Positions 9,153 to 18,333 of a stretch of 64,000 bases of DNA are shown here, piece by piece. The stretch is from NCBI GenBank assembly GCA_964437755.1, contig CAYTIA010000001.1, positions 45,658 through 109,657 on the forward strand, given 5' to 3'. The stretch's first letter is position 1; every line of letters begins with the position of its first letter. The stretch comes from an uncultured Pseudomonadales bacterium. Its GTDB lineage: Bacteria > Patescibacteriota > Microgenomatia > UBA1400 > PJMF01. The notes below the pieces were generated by a model. The model did not search any database and was not told where the DNA came from. It was given only the letters and a program-made list of their open reading frames with translations. The position numbers and the translations under genes were made by a program.

Positions 9153-10874
9153 TTATTTATTCGCATACTTTACTAAATCCTCAGCATAGAAAGGTCTGCC
9201 ATCATAACGACGCAAGCTATCATCCATCTTGATATCAGCTTGTTGTTTAATCCAGTTTTCTCCTTGACCATTAGCATTACCCTCAACCATCACTAGTTTT
9301 TTAGCCTGTTTAGCTAATTTTGTAAATGCTTCAACTGGAAAAGGATACATGCAAGGAAGATGGATAACGTTAATAGTTCCAGGTTTAGCTTGATGAATTG
9401 CCTCGATTAGAACGTTTACTGTTGAACCCCAGCCAACGAATGTTACATCAGCTTCTTTAGGACCAATTAGCTGTGGTTGTGGTATCTCAGCTAGAATCGC
9501 TTCCATTTTTTTGGCTCTCTTATCAACCGAGCTAGCAATCACATCACCTTCTTCAGTAGCAAAACCCCATGGATCATGTTCATAAGAGTTCGCCAAATGT
9601 AAGCCAAATTCTTGACCAGGGATACTTCTTGGGGAGATTCCATTTTTGGTATCTTTATATCTCAAGTAACTTTCATCTGCCGGCAAATCTTCTTTTTCAG
9701 CCATGCTTTGGCGTTCATTGTGATTTTGAGCAGTTGGAGCCTTCATGGTTTGATGAGACTCTAAAATGAATTTGTCCGAGGCAATTATAACCGGAAGCTG
9801 ATACTTTTCTGCCAGGTACATTGCTAATTTTCCAAGATCATAGTGTTCTTGAACTGTTCCTGGAGTTAACACAACTCTTGGGAAATCACCGTGACCGGCA
9901 GTCAAAATAAACTGAAGATCTGCCTGAGCTGTCCAGGTTGGAACACCGCTAGCAGGCCCAGTTCTTTGAGCTTCAAGAACTACTAAAGGAGCTTCTGCAG
10001 TACCAGCAAATGATAAAGCTTCAACCATCAGAGCAAAACCTCCGCCGGAACTTCCTGTCATGGCTCTAGCTCCAGCAATCGAAGCACCGACCGCTTCATT
10101 AATGGCTCCAATTTCATCTTCAACCTGTTTAACAACAATTGGTAACTGATGTTTGTGATCATTTAAAAAGTGAAGCAAGCCAGTGGCAGGAGTCATTGGG
10201 TAAGCACTATAAAACTGCAAACCTCCAGCCAAAGCTCCCATACCAATAGCCTCATTACCATTTAATAAAATCATGTCATCTTTTTGGGGAGTGACACTTA
10301 AAATTGGTTTTAACACTTTTTTGGCTTCTTCGTAGCCAAGATCTAAAGCCTTGAAATTTTTTTCAGTAACCTCTTTTTTCCCCTTAAACTCATCAGCAAT
10401 TACTGCCTTACAGATATCTAGATCAAGTCCCAAAAGATATGCTGACACACCTATTGAGGTGGTGTTGCTAGCTAAGGTTGTGCCAGTTGCTTCTTTTGCC
10501 CAACTTGATAATGGCATAGAAGTGATTTGTTTACCCCATTTATTTGTTGCTTCTTCTGGAACTTTTCCAAAATCAGAGTTAAAAATGATGACAGTTTTAT
10601 CAGTGATTTCATCTTGATGAATCTCGAAACAATCTTGAGTATAAGCAATTAAGACATCTAGATTCTTGGCCTGGCAAGTGGCATTCTCAAAATCAGCATA
10701 AACCTGCCCGGTTTGATGACCTCCTCGAATCAGAGAAGGATACTCTAGATAATTAAATGACTGCATTCCATGGCGCTTGGCTATTCTAGCCATTGTTTTA
10801 GCTGCTAGCATTACACCATGACCTGCTTCTCCGGCAATTTTCCAATTAAAAGAACCATTTTGTGGATTAGACAT
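9153..10874 (-). CDS. korA: 2-oxoacid:ferredoxin oxidoreductase alpha subunit (fused gamma+alpha domains)
   Basis: 573 aa; an N-terminal POR gamma-like domain followed by an alpha domain (GNEAIGMGALAGG...YPMTPAT); directly upstream of korB. Confidence 0.75.
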   Translation of the reverse strand: MSNPQNGSFNWKIAGEAGHGVMLAAKTMARIAKRHGMQSFNYLEYPSLIRGGHQTGQVYADFENATCQAKNLDVLIAYTQDCFEIHQDEITDKTVIIFNSDFGKVPEEATNKWGKQITSMPLSSWAKEATGTTLASNTTSIGVSAYLLGLDLDICKAVIADEFKGKKEVTEKNFKALDLGYEEAKKVLKPILSVTPQKDDMILLNGNEAIGMGALAGGLQFYSAYPMTPATGLLHFLNDHKHQLPIVVKQVEDEIGAINEAVGASIAGARAMTGSSGGGFALMVEALSFAGTAEAPLVVLEAQRTGPASGVPTWTAQADLQFILTAGHGDFPRVVLTPGTVQEHYDLGKLAMYLAEKYQLPVIIASDKFILESHQTMKAPTAQNHNERQSMAEKEDLPADESYLRYKDTKNGISPRSIPGQEFGLHLANSYEHDPWGFATEEGDVIASSVDKRAKKMEAILAEIPQPQLIGPKEADVTFVGWGSTVNVLIEAIHQAKPGTINVIHLPCMYPFPVEAFTKLAKQAKKLVMVEGNANGQGENWIKQQADIKMDDSLRRYDGRPFYAEDLVKYANK

Positions 10875-11000
10875 ATGAATTAGGAGTAGTTAATATATAA
10901 AAAACTAGCTGAACAACCGTAGTGTATAAAGAATTCAACAAGTAGTCAAATACGATTATAGTATTAATTACTAGATTTAGTTATTATCATATTTGTTATA

Positions 11001-11561
11001 ATGACAAAACTTAAAAAATGGAAGTTAATTTCTGCTGAGGACGTATCTCCAAATCCCTATTTTCCAATTGAAAAAAGAGGTTATCTAAAACCTGATGGTT
11101 CACTAGTTAAAGATTTTTATGTTGATAGATTGGCCAATCCAGCCCATGTAGTTGCTATCACCAAAAAAGATAAGGTTGTAATGATCAGAATGTATAAACA
11201 AGGGACAGATGAGTTAATGATTCAGTTTCCTGCAGGAAGATATGAACCTAAAAAACATCGAGATATTAAAGAAACAGCTAAACTAGAACTTGAAGAAGAA
11301 ACGGGAATCAATGTTTCGATAAATGATTTGGTATTTATCGGAAAAATTGCTGAAGGCACAACAAAGTCTACGGCTGTCGCCCATGCATTTATTGTTAAAG
11401 GTGTGGAGTTTAACTCTCAACAAAAACTGGATGATAATGAAGAAATCGAGGTCTTATTATTATCTAACGATGAGATTGATCAATACATTAAAGAGGGAAA
11501 AATCTGGGATGCTACCGCCATTTCTATTTGGCAATTAGCAAAACTAAGAGGAATGATATAA
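11001..11561 (+). CDS. NUDIX hydrolase
   Basis: Nudix box FPAGRYEPKKHRDIKETAKLELEEETGI (GX5EX7REUXEEXGU pattern). Confidence 0.65.
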   Translation: MTKLKKWKLISAEDVSPNPYFPIEKRGYLKPDGSLVKDFYVDRLANPAHVVAITKKDKVVMIRMYKQGTDELMIQFPAGRYEPKKHRDIKETAKLELEEETGINVSINDLVFIGKIAEGTTKSTAVAHAFIVKGVEFNSQQKLDDNEEIEVLLLSNDEIDQYIKEGKIWDATAISIWQLAKLRGMI

Positions 11562-11608
11562 ATAGGGTTTGAAAGATTAATTTCAGTTTACTGGCGTTAG
11601 CTAAATAA

Positions 11609-12448
11609 ATGAAAAGAGTGGTAAAGTGTTCATTGTGTTTTTACTATTTTCTGATTATTTTTTTACTAAAATCAAAAGTACATGCAAAAGTACTGATCAA
11701 CGAGGTATTGCCTTATCCCGAGGATGGAATTGAGACAATTGAAATTGTATATGTTCCAGATAATTCTCAGGATCAGAGCATAAATCTTGAGGGATGGAGC
11801 ATTTGGGATGAGCTAGCCACATCTTCCTGTCTTTATGTTTTTGGAAAGGAAACATTGACAGTTGGAGAGTATGTAATTAAAACATTTTCCAATAAACTTA
11901 ATAATTCTGCCGATGGAATTATCATTAAAAACCTAGAGGGAGAAGTGCAAGATTCGTTCTCATATTCTTCATCAGAAAAAGGATTAAGCTATTCTCGATT
12001 AAACTTTATCAATAATGACTTTATTCTCACTGTGCCAACATTAGGAGAAGAAAACATATTTATTGGTCCATCGATCACAACAACACCAACGCCAACCATT
12101 ATCGATCAAGCTACTCAGGAGATTTCCTCAACACCTAACTCACAACAAGATCATGACTCTTCAAAAACAGTGAGGCAAGAAGATGATCAACTAAAAAATG
12201 TAAATACAAACATTAATTTTGATGAGCTTTATCAAGATCAAGCTAGGCTGATTGAGAAAATCTCTAAACTCAAAGATATTATTGAAAAAGATACAAGTGT
12301 TGAGCCTCATTATGCAAAAAAATCCAACAGAGATGACTTTGTCGCTACTCTAGAGTATGGAACAACCTTCATATCAAGTATCGGAGTGGTTAGTGTTATA
12401 ATCGGAGGACTGTTTTTTTTGATTGCCAGTAGACTCATTTATGAATAA
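11609..12448 (+). CDS. Lamin-tail-domain (LTD) surface protein with signal peptide and C-terminal TM anchor
   Basis: VLINEVLPYPEDGIETIEIVYVP...INLEGWSIWDE matches the LTD signature (INEv ... EfIEL ... L.GW.l.D); Thr/Pro linker; C-terminal hydrophobic helix. Confidence 0.55.
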   Translation: MKRVVKCSLCFYYFLIIFLLKSKVHAKVLINEVLPYPEDGIETIEIVYVPDNSQDQSINLEGWSIWDELATSSCLYVFGKETLTVGEYVIKTFSNKLNNSADGIIIKNLEGEVQDSFSYSSSEKGLSYSRLNFINNDFILTVPTLGEENIFIGPSITTTPTPTIIDQATQEISSTPNSQQDHDSSKTVRQEDDQLKNVNTNINFDELYQDQARLIEKISKLKDIIEKDTSVEPHYAKKSNRDDFVATLEYGTTFISSIGVVSVIIGGLFFLIASRLIYE

Positions 12449-12815
12449 AAAAGCAATAATCAAATCTATTAAAGCCTTTGCTCCAGCAACTCTTTGGGCA
12501 ATAATTATTTATTTATTATCCTCTCAAGAAGTCTTGCCAGGATTTTCTTTATCTTTATCTGATTTCATTCTGAAAAAAAGTGCTCATATATTTGTTTTTG
12601 CAGTTTTATACCTTTTGTTATTAAAAGGATTTTCTAGTTTAGGACAAGCTCCAATTAGAGCATGGAAAAAAACTTTAATAATTTGTCTATGTTATGCCAT
12701 TCTTGATGAATTACATCAAACTTTTGTACCCGGACGTAGTGGCACCATTAGAGATGTAGGATTTGATTTCCTGGGAGCTAGCTTAGCATTTTTGAAAAAA
12801 TTTAAATATATCTAA
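12423..12815 (+). CDS. VanZ-like family membrane protein
   Basis: 130 aa, 3-4 TM, with DELHQTFVPGRSGTIRDVGFDFLGA resembling the VanZ conserved region; overlaps the LTD gene by 26 bp. Confidence 0.45.
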   Translation: MPVDSFMNKKAIIKSIKAFAPATLWAIIIYLLSSQEVLPGFSLSLSDFILKKSAHIFVFAVLYLLLLKGFSSLGQAPIRAWKKTLIICLCYAILDELHQTFVPGRSGTIRDVGFDFLGASLAFLKKFKYI

Positions 12816-12914
12816 ACAAATTTTTCCAGAATTGCATAAAAATTAACACTTGACTTGTTATATCAAACTAATACACTATTGAACACTAATATAAACTAAT
12901 AGAAAGGATAGAGC

Positions 12915-13190
12915 ATGACTAAATCAGATTTAGTCGACGTAGTAGCTAAGAAAGCCTTCCTCACAAAAAAGGCTGCTAAACAAGCAATTGACGCCTTGTT
13001 CGACGAAGTTTCAAGAGCACTTGAAAAAGGAGATAAAGTTGTTATTTCTGGGTTTGGAACCTTCTACATCAACAAAGTTGATGACAAAGAAGTAGTTCCT
13101 TTTGGCCAAGATAGTAAAAGACAAGTGGTTAAATCTCACAGAGTGGTTAATTTCCATGTAGGAAAACCTCTTAGAAATAAAGTTTGGTAA
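12915..13190 (+). CDS. hup: HU family DNA-binding protein
   Basis: MTKSDLVDVVAKKA.LTKKAAKQAIDALFDEV...GDKVVISGFGTF is the canonical HU/IHF fold sequence. Confidence 0.85.
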   Translation: MTKSDLVDVVAKKAFLTKKAAKQAIDALFDEVSRALEKGDKVVISGFGTFYINKVDDKEVVPFGQDSKRQVVKSHRVVNFHVGKPLRNKVW

Positions 13191-13212
13191 TTTCTCAAAT
13201 CTCTGTTCTTTT

Positions 13213-13241
13213 AAAAACCCGTCTGAAAGACGGGTTTTTTA
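13213..13241. terminator. bidirectional rho-independent terminator (aaaacccgtc-tgaaa-gacgggtttt)
   Basis: 10-bp perfect stem with U-tracts on both strands; between hup (+) and rpsI (-). Confidence 0.65.
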
Positions 13242-13265
13242 TTTAAAATAAAAATATATAAGATC

Positions 13266-13769
13266 TTATCTCTTTGGAGACTGTCTCTTTCTTCTGGCTT
13301 TTCCACCCTTTCCTGGTTTTCTGGTTTCTTTCATACGAGCATCTCTTGTTAACAAACCAGCTTGCTTTAAAAAGATTTTAAATTCTGGATTAAACTTTTC
13401 AAGAGCTCTTGAAAGTCCATGAATTACCGCTTCAAGCTGAGAAGCTTTACCCGATCCAACTACCTTGGCCGTTACTGAAAACTGATCTGTCGTTTTTGTT
13501 AACTCGAAAGGTTCTAAATAGCGTTTCGAAGCCATTGGAATATCTGCGAAATAATCTGAAGCTAGGCTGTCGTTGATTATAAAATCTCCAGTTGCTTTAT
13601 AAATTCTTACTCTGGCAGTTGATACTTTTCTTCGTCCAATTCCCTCAACAAATTCCCCCTGAGGGTAATCTATTTTTTTAGCAGGCTTAAGTTTTACAGA
13701 ATCTATAGCTTTTTTATCTGAGCGTCTAGCTTGTCTAACAATATTTGTAATCTGTTTCTTGTGTTTCAT
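13266..13769 (-). CDS. rpsI: 30S ribosomal protein S9 (with N-terminal extension)
   Basis: GSGKASQLEAVIHGLSRAL ... C-terminal RRKRQSPKR. Confidence 0.85.
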   Translation of the reverse strand: MKHKKQITNIVRQARRSDKKAIDSVKLKPAKKIDYPQGEFVEGIGRRKVSTARVRIYKATGDFIINDSLASDYFADIPMASKRYLEPFELTKTTDQFSVTAKVVGSGKASQLEAVIHGLSRALEKFNPEFKIFLKQAGLLTRDARMKETRKPGKGGKARRKRQSPKR

Positions 13770-13783
13770 AAAAGTATCTTGAG

Positions 13784-14206
13784 TTATTTTAGTTCATTCT
13801 GATATGGATGTTGAGCAAGAGGAAATATCTTTAGTCTTGCCATTCTATCTTTTCTTAATCTATTTTTTGGCAACATATTACCCACAGCACGCTGAATAAT
13901 TCTTTCAGGAGATCTCACTAGTAAGCGTTTAAACGAGATTTCTTTTAACCCACCCGGAAATCCTGTATGCCAGCGATAAATTTTAGTATTTTCTTTATTT
14001 CTGGTGACCTCAACTTTAGAAGCATTAATCAAAACAACATAATCTCCTCCATCAACATGAGGAGTGTATGTTGGTTTGTCTTTTCCAACCAAAAGTTTTG
14101 CAATTTCTGTAGCAGCTCTTCCAAGAACTTTTCCTTCAAGATCAATTAAGTGCCAATTTCTAGACACATCCTCCTTACGTTGCATGAATGTTGAATTATT
14201 TTTCAT
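13784..14206 (-). CDS. rplM: 50S ribosomal protein L13
   Basis: WHLIDLEGKVLGRAATEIAKLLVGKDKPTYTPHVD. Confidence 0.9.
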   Translation of the reverse strand: MKNNSTFMQRKEDVSRNWHLIDLEGKVLGRAATEIAKLLVGKDKPTYTPHVDGGDYVVLINASKVEVTRNKENTKIYRWHTGFPGGLKEISFKRLLVRSPERIIQRAVGNMLPKNRLRKDRMARLKIFPLAQHPYQNELK

Positions 14207-14615
14207 TTTGTTTACCCTTAGCTTTTTGATCTGATTTACTGAAACTACCCAAGTTTGCTGGTTTGTTTACTAATGATAATTTACTCATTAAAGCACTATC
14301 TCCTCTGCGAGTACCAATAGTTTCAATTGTAGTAAAACCTGATTTTCTATCTCCAACTGCAGGAGCAATTACTTTAACTGCGGTGTTAACCACATCTCGT
14401 TTTCCAAAAAATTCATGAAGTTTTCTTTTTGAACTCAAACTATTTTCTTGAGCAAAAGGAATAAGTTTATCAGCCCATCTTTTGACTTCTTTTGCTTTAG
14501 CTTGAGTTGTTTCGATCTCTCCATGTTCAAATAAACTTCTAACCAAGTTCGTTAACATAGCTTTTCGATGATTGGTTGAACGATTAAAAATACTTGTTTT
14601 TACTCTGTGTCTCAT
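14196..14615 (-). CDS. rplQ: 50S ribosomal protein L17
   Basis: MRHRVKTSIFNRSTNHRKAMLTNLVRSLFEHGEIETT. Confidence 0.9.
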   Translation of the reverse strand: MRHRVKTSIFNRSTNHRKAMLTNLVRSLFEHGEIETTQAKAKEVKRWADKLIPFAQENSLSSKRKLHEFFGKRDVVNTAVKVIAPAVGDRKSGFTTIETIGTRRGDSALMSKLSLVNKPANLGSFSKSDQKAKGKQNEK

Positions 14616-14633
14616 GTTATTTCCTTAAATCAG

Positions 14634-15611
14634 TTAGTTGGTGAGAGTTACTCCTTTTTTTTCTAATGCTTTTTCTACAATGCCAGCACTTTTTTCACCA
14701 ATATTTTTAACTTTTTCTATAACTCCCTTGTTTGATTTAGATAAATCTCCGACTGTCTTAAAACCACCCTTTCTTAAAGCGTTGGCTATTCTGGTAGGAA
14801 GATCTAGTTCCTCAACGGTCAATCTTAAAACTTCAGCCTCCTCAGGTGAAATTTCTTCGACTGGTTCCTCTTTTGGCATTTCCTGAGGATCAATTATTTG
14901 CGCAAACTGCCTAGATAATATTTTTGCAGCTTGTTCAATTGCCTCAAGAGGAGTAATAGTGCCATCAGTTTTTACATCTAATAACAACTTGTCATAATCG
15001 GTTCTTCTACCAACCCTAGTCGACTCAACTTTATATGAAACCGTCAAAACTGGAGAGAAAATACCATCAACCATTAACTCTCCAATCTCTTTGTCATTAA
15101 TAAGTCTTTCTCCAGCTTGATAACCAACTCCAGACTCTATCTTCATCTCAATGGAGAGCTTGATTTTACCAGTAACTGAAAATAAATATTGATCAGGATT
15201 AACAATTTCGTAACCGGCTTCACATTTTACATCGGCAGCAGTTACTTCTTTTGGACCCTCAACCTCTAATCTAGCAATTCCTGCCTCATTTCGATCAGCT
15301 CTAACTCTGATCATTTTTAGATTGAGCAAAATTTCCACCAAATCTTCTTTGATACCTTCAACGCTTGAGAATTGGTGATCAGCTCCCTCTATCTTTACTG
15401 AAGTAATGGCTGCTCCAGGTAATGAACTCAATAAAACTCTTCTTAAAGCATTTCCTAAAGTATGACCATAACCATTTTCCAATGGCTTGAAGATCAACAA
15501 TGAATGATCAGAAGCTTTTTTTTGCTCCTCAACCAAAAAGGTTGGGTTCATGAATGCATAGCTATTTAAATTTTGTGTCATGTTTTTCTCCTTGTTTCTC
15601 CTCCTTTTCAC
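14634..15611 (-). CDS. rpoA: DNA-directed RNA polymerase alpha subunit
   Basis: 325 aa; N-terminal domain and C-terminal domain (ELDLPTRIANALRKGGFKTVGDL); position after rpsD. Confidence 0.9.
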   Translation of the reverse strand: MKRRRNKEKNMTQNLNSYAFMNPTFLVEEQKKASDHSLLIFKPLENGYGHTLGNALRRVLLSSLPGAAITSVKIEGADHQFSSVEGIKEDLVEILLNLKMIRVRADRNEAGIARLEVEGPKEVTAADVKCEAGYEIVNPDQYLFSVTGKIKLSIEMKIESGVGYQAGERLINDKEIGELMVDGIFSPVLTVSYKVESTRVGRRTDYDKLLLDVKTDGTITPLEAIEQAAKILSRQFAQIIDPQEMPKEEPVEEISPEEAEVLRLTVEELDLPTRIANALRKGGFKTVGDLSKSNKGVIEKVKNIGEKSAGIVEKALEKKGVTLTN

Positions 15612-15665
15612 TTAAAAAGAGAAAAGAATCCGTTGCTTAGGATAATTTAATAAATTAATAATTTT

Positions 15666-16274
15666 TTATCGACTATAATACTCAACAATTAGCTGTTCTT
15701 CAATTTTTTCGGTAACATCAGTTCTCTGAGGATATCTTGATACTTTTGCTACATTATGTTTTCTTTCAAGCCACTCTGGAACAACATAGCTTTCATCAGA
15801 CATCACTTGGCTAACAGCAGGAATATTTAAAGAACCTTTCTTAATTTTAATCACATCGCCTTCCTTAACTAAATAAGAAGGAGCATTCATCTTTTTTTCA
15901 TTAACTTGAATGTGGTTATGACTTACCAACTGTCTAGCAGCTGCTCTAGTTGAAGCCCAGCCCAATCGATAAATCACATTGTCGAGACGACGTTCCAAGT
16001 TAATTAACAAAGCCTGACCAGTACTTTCTGAGCTACTCTTAGAAAGATCAAAAAGCTTTCTTAACTGTTTTTCCAAAATTCCATAAATGAATTTAACTCT
16101 TTGTTTAGCCTGAAGTTGAATACCATATTCAGATACTCTTCTGGTTCTTTTGTGTCCATGTTGTCCTGGACGAATATTAATTCTCTTGGCCGTTTTAAGA
16201 GCATTGGTTTTTAAACCAAGGTCTTCACCAATTCTTCTTTGCAATCTCTGTTTAGGTCCCGTATATCTTGCCAT
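15666..16274 (-). CDS. rpsD: 30S ribosomal protein S4
   Basis: MARYTGPKQRLQRRIGEDL start. Confidence 0.9.
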   Translation of the reverse strand: MARYTGPKQRLQRRIGEDLGLKTNALKTAKRINIRPGQHGHKRTRRVSEYGIQLQAKQRVKFIYGILEKQLRKLFDLSKSSSESTGQALLINLERRLDNVIYRLGWASTRAAARQLVSHNHIQVNEKKMNAPSYLVKEGDVIKIKKGSLNIPAVSQVMSDESYVVPEWLERKHNVAKVSRYPQRTDVTEKIEEQLIVEYYSR

Positions 16275-16295
16275 ATTATTAACTAATCAAAATTA

Positions 16296-16679
16296 TTAAT
16301 TTCTCTGTTTTCTAGGTCTAGTACCATTGTGAGGTTCTGGTGTCATATCAGCAATCATGGTTACCTCTACACCTTTCCCCCTTAATACTCTTAAAGCTAC
16401 TTCTCTTCCTGGTCCAGGACCCTTAATAAAAACCTCAGCTTGACGCATGCCATAATCAACAGCCTTCCCTACAGCATTTTCAGCTGCTACAGTTGCTGCA
16501 TAAGAGGTTGATTTTCTAGAACCCTTAAAACCAGAACTTCCAGTTGAAGACCAGGCAATAACATTTCCGCCTGCATCTGTCACGCTAACAAGGGTATTGT
16601 TAAAAGTTGCAGTAACATAAATTCTTGCAGTGTTTACAACTTTTGTAGATTTCTTTTTTTTACTGCTGTATTTTGCCAT
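16296..16679 (-). CDS. rpsK: 30S ribosomal protein S11
   Basis: [22 protein letters not shown]...[13 protein letters not shown]. Confidence 0.9.
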   Translation of the reverse strand: MAKYSSKKKKSTKVVNTARIYVTATFNNTLVSVTDAGGNVIAWSSTGSSGFKGSRKSTSYAATVAAENAVGKAVDYGMRQAEVFIKGPGPGREVALRVLRGKGVEVTMIADMTPEPHNGTRPRKQRN

Positions 16680-16701
16680 TTATTATTTCCTTTTATCTAA
16701 T

Positions 16702-17109
16702 CTAGTTTGTTACTGTTTTAGCAGCCTCCAACTTTGTAGCTACCTCTTTACTCAAAGCGCCAACTGTTTTTCTCTTTCCTTTTCTAGTCCTGGCATTTAC
16801 TCTAGTTCGCTGACCTCGAACTGGAAGTCCCATCATATGTCTAATGCCTCTATAAGCTTTAATTCTCTTTAAGCGTGTAATGTTGTCATTAATTTGCCTA
16901 CGAAGATCTCCTTCAGTTATGATATCCTCGATAACTTTCTGAAGAGTATTGATCTCTTGACCATCCAAATCTTTGGCTCTTTTATTAGGATCAATCTTCA
17001 CTTTTTTTACAATTTTCTTTGCGGTTGAAAGACCAATTCCATAAATATAAGCCAATGAATATGGAACTTTCTTTTCACCTGGAATATCAATACCTGCTAC
17101 ACGTGGCAT
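16702..17109 (-). CDS. rpsM: 30S ribosomal protein S13
   Basis: MPRVAGIDIPGEKKV start. Confidence 0.9.
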   Translation of the reverse strand: MPRVAGIDIPGEKKVPYSLAYIYGIGLSTAKKIVKKVKIDPNKRAKDLDGQEINTLQKVIEDIITEGDLRRQINDNITRLKRIKAYRGIRHMMGLPVRGQRTRVNARTRKGKRKTVGALSKEVATKLEAAKTVTN

Positions 17110-17112
17110 AGT

Positions 17113-17226
17113 TTAACCTTGTCTTTGTTTATGTTTAGGATTTTCACAGATTACTCTGACTATCCCATTTCTTTTAATAATTTTACACTTTGGACATCTC
17201 TTGCCCACCGATGAACTGACTTTCAT
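17113..17226 (-). CDS. rpmJ: 50S ribosomal protein L36 (37 aa; not in the supplied ORF track)
   Basis: Minus-strand translation [37 protein letters not shown] read directly; canonical position between infA and rpsM. Confidence 0.85.
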   Translation of the reverse strand: MKVSSSVGKRCPKCKIIKRNGIVRVICENPKHKQRQG

Positions 17227-17260
17227 GTTACTCTTTATTAGTTTAACTTAATGTAATAAT

Positions 17261-17593
17261 TTAAAAATCTTTAATAATTTCTTTCTTTGTCGAGCGATAA
17301 GTGATTTTGCACTTACCTAAATCATATTTAGAAACATAACCTTTTACAATATCCCCTGGCATAACCCTAATTCTGTAAAGACGCATTCTACCAGATAATG
17401 TCCCCAATAATGTTTTACCAACCAACTCTTTAACTTCACTGTCAGTGACAGTAATCTCAAACATGGTGTTGGGTAGGCACTTGTCTACCTCACCGTAGAT
17501 ATCAAACCTGTCCCCACGAGCCTTAGAATCAGAACCAGAATCATCCTGTCTTTTTTCTTTAGCTGCTCTTTTATGTTGTTGTACTTTTCCCAT
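17261..17593 (-). CDS. infA: translation initiation factor IF-1 (with ~35-aa N-terminal extension)
   Basis: GEVDKCLPNTMFEITVTDSEVKELVGKTLLGTLSGRMRLYRIRVMPGDIVKGYVSKYDLGKCKITYR aligns to the IF-1 S1-like domain. Confidence 0.8.
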   Translation of the reverse strand: MGKVQQHKRAAKEKRQDDSGSDSKARGDRFDIYGEVDKCLPNTMFEITVTDSEVKELVGKTLLGTLSGRMRLYRIRVMPGDIVKGYVSKYDLGKCKITYRSTKKEIIKDF

Positions 17594-17691
17594 ATCTGCT
17601 TCCAGACTAAATCATCGAAACGGAAGCTATGATTATATCAAATCTCCAGGCTTTTTGCAAAAAATAACAAAAAACCCAAAAATAATTTCAG

Positions 17692-18246
17692 CTATTTGTT
17701 TAATTTGCCGTTAAAATCAACCTTTTCCAGTATTTCATTAAAAACACCATCCACTGACTGTTCCCCATCAACTTTTACCAGTTGTCCTTTTTTTTCATAA
17801 AAATCGAGAACGTCTGCCGTAACCTCATGAAATAAGGCTATTCTTTTTCTAATAGCCTTGAGAGACTCATCTTCTCTATCTTCTACACGTCCAGATATTC
17901 TCCAAAGTGCTTCTTTGTCTGATACATCAATTAGTACTAATTTTTCAGTTCCATCAGTAAATGCTTCAGCTTGACTAACAGTTCTTGGAAATCCGTCAAT
18001 AATAAAACCATTTGCATACTCCGGTTGTTGCAAATACTCCATCACTATCTCGATTGTCTTCTCATCAGGAACCAAAGCTCCAGCATTTAATGTTTCTTTT
18101 AACCACCTGCTAAGTGGAGATTTTCCTTTAGCCATTCCTCTAAATATATGGCCAGAAGATAAATAAGGAATTCCAAGTTTTTCAGAAAGCAACTGCCCTT
18201 GAGTAGATTTTCCGGCGCCCTGGATACCTATTAAAACTAATTTCAT
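17692..18246 (-). CDS. adk: adenylate kinase (short, lid-less type)
   Basis: MKLVLIGIQGAGKSTQGQLLSEKLGIPYLSSGHIFR; 184 aa with no Cys4 zinc lid. Confidence 0.85.
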   Translation of the reverse strand: MKLVLIGIQGAGKSTQGQLLSEKLGIPYLSSGHIFRGMAKGKSPLSRWLKETLNAGALVPDEKTIEIVMEYLQQPEYANGFIIDGFPRTVSQAEAFTDGTEKLVLIDVSDKEALWRISGRVEDREDESLKAIRKRIALFHEVTADVLDFYEKKGQLVKVDGEQSVDGVFNEILEKVDFNGKLNK

Positions 18247-18333
18247 GTTTGATTGCTAATTTTTATAAACAGACAGTATAATTTAACTCACTTTGACTAT
18301 TATTTCAAGAGAGTTTGAATAATTGGTAAAAAT

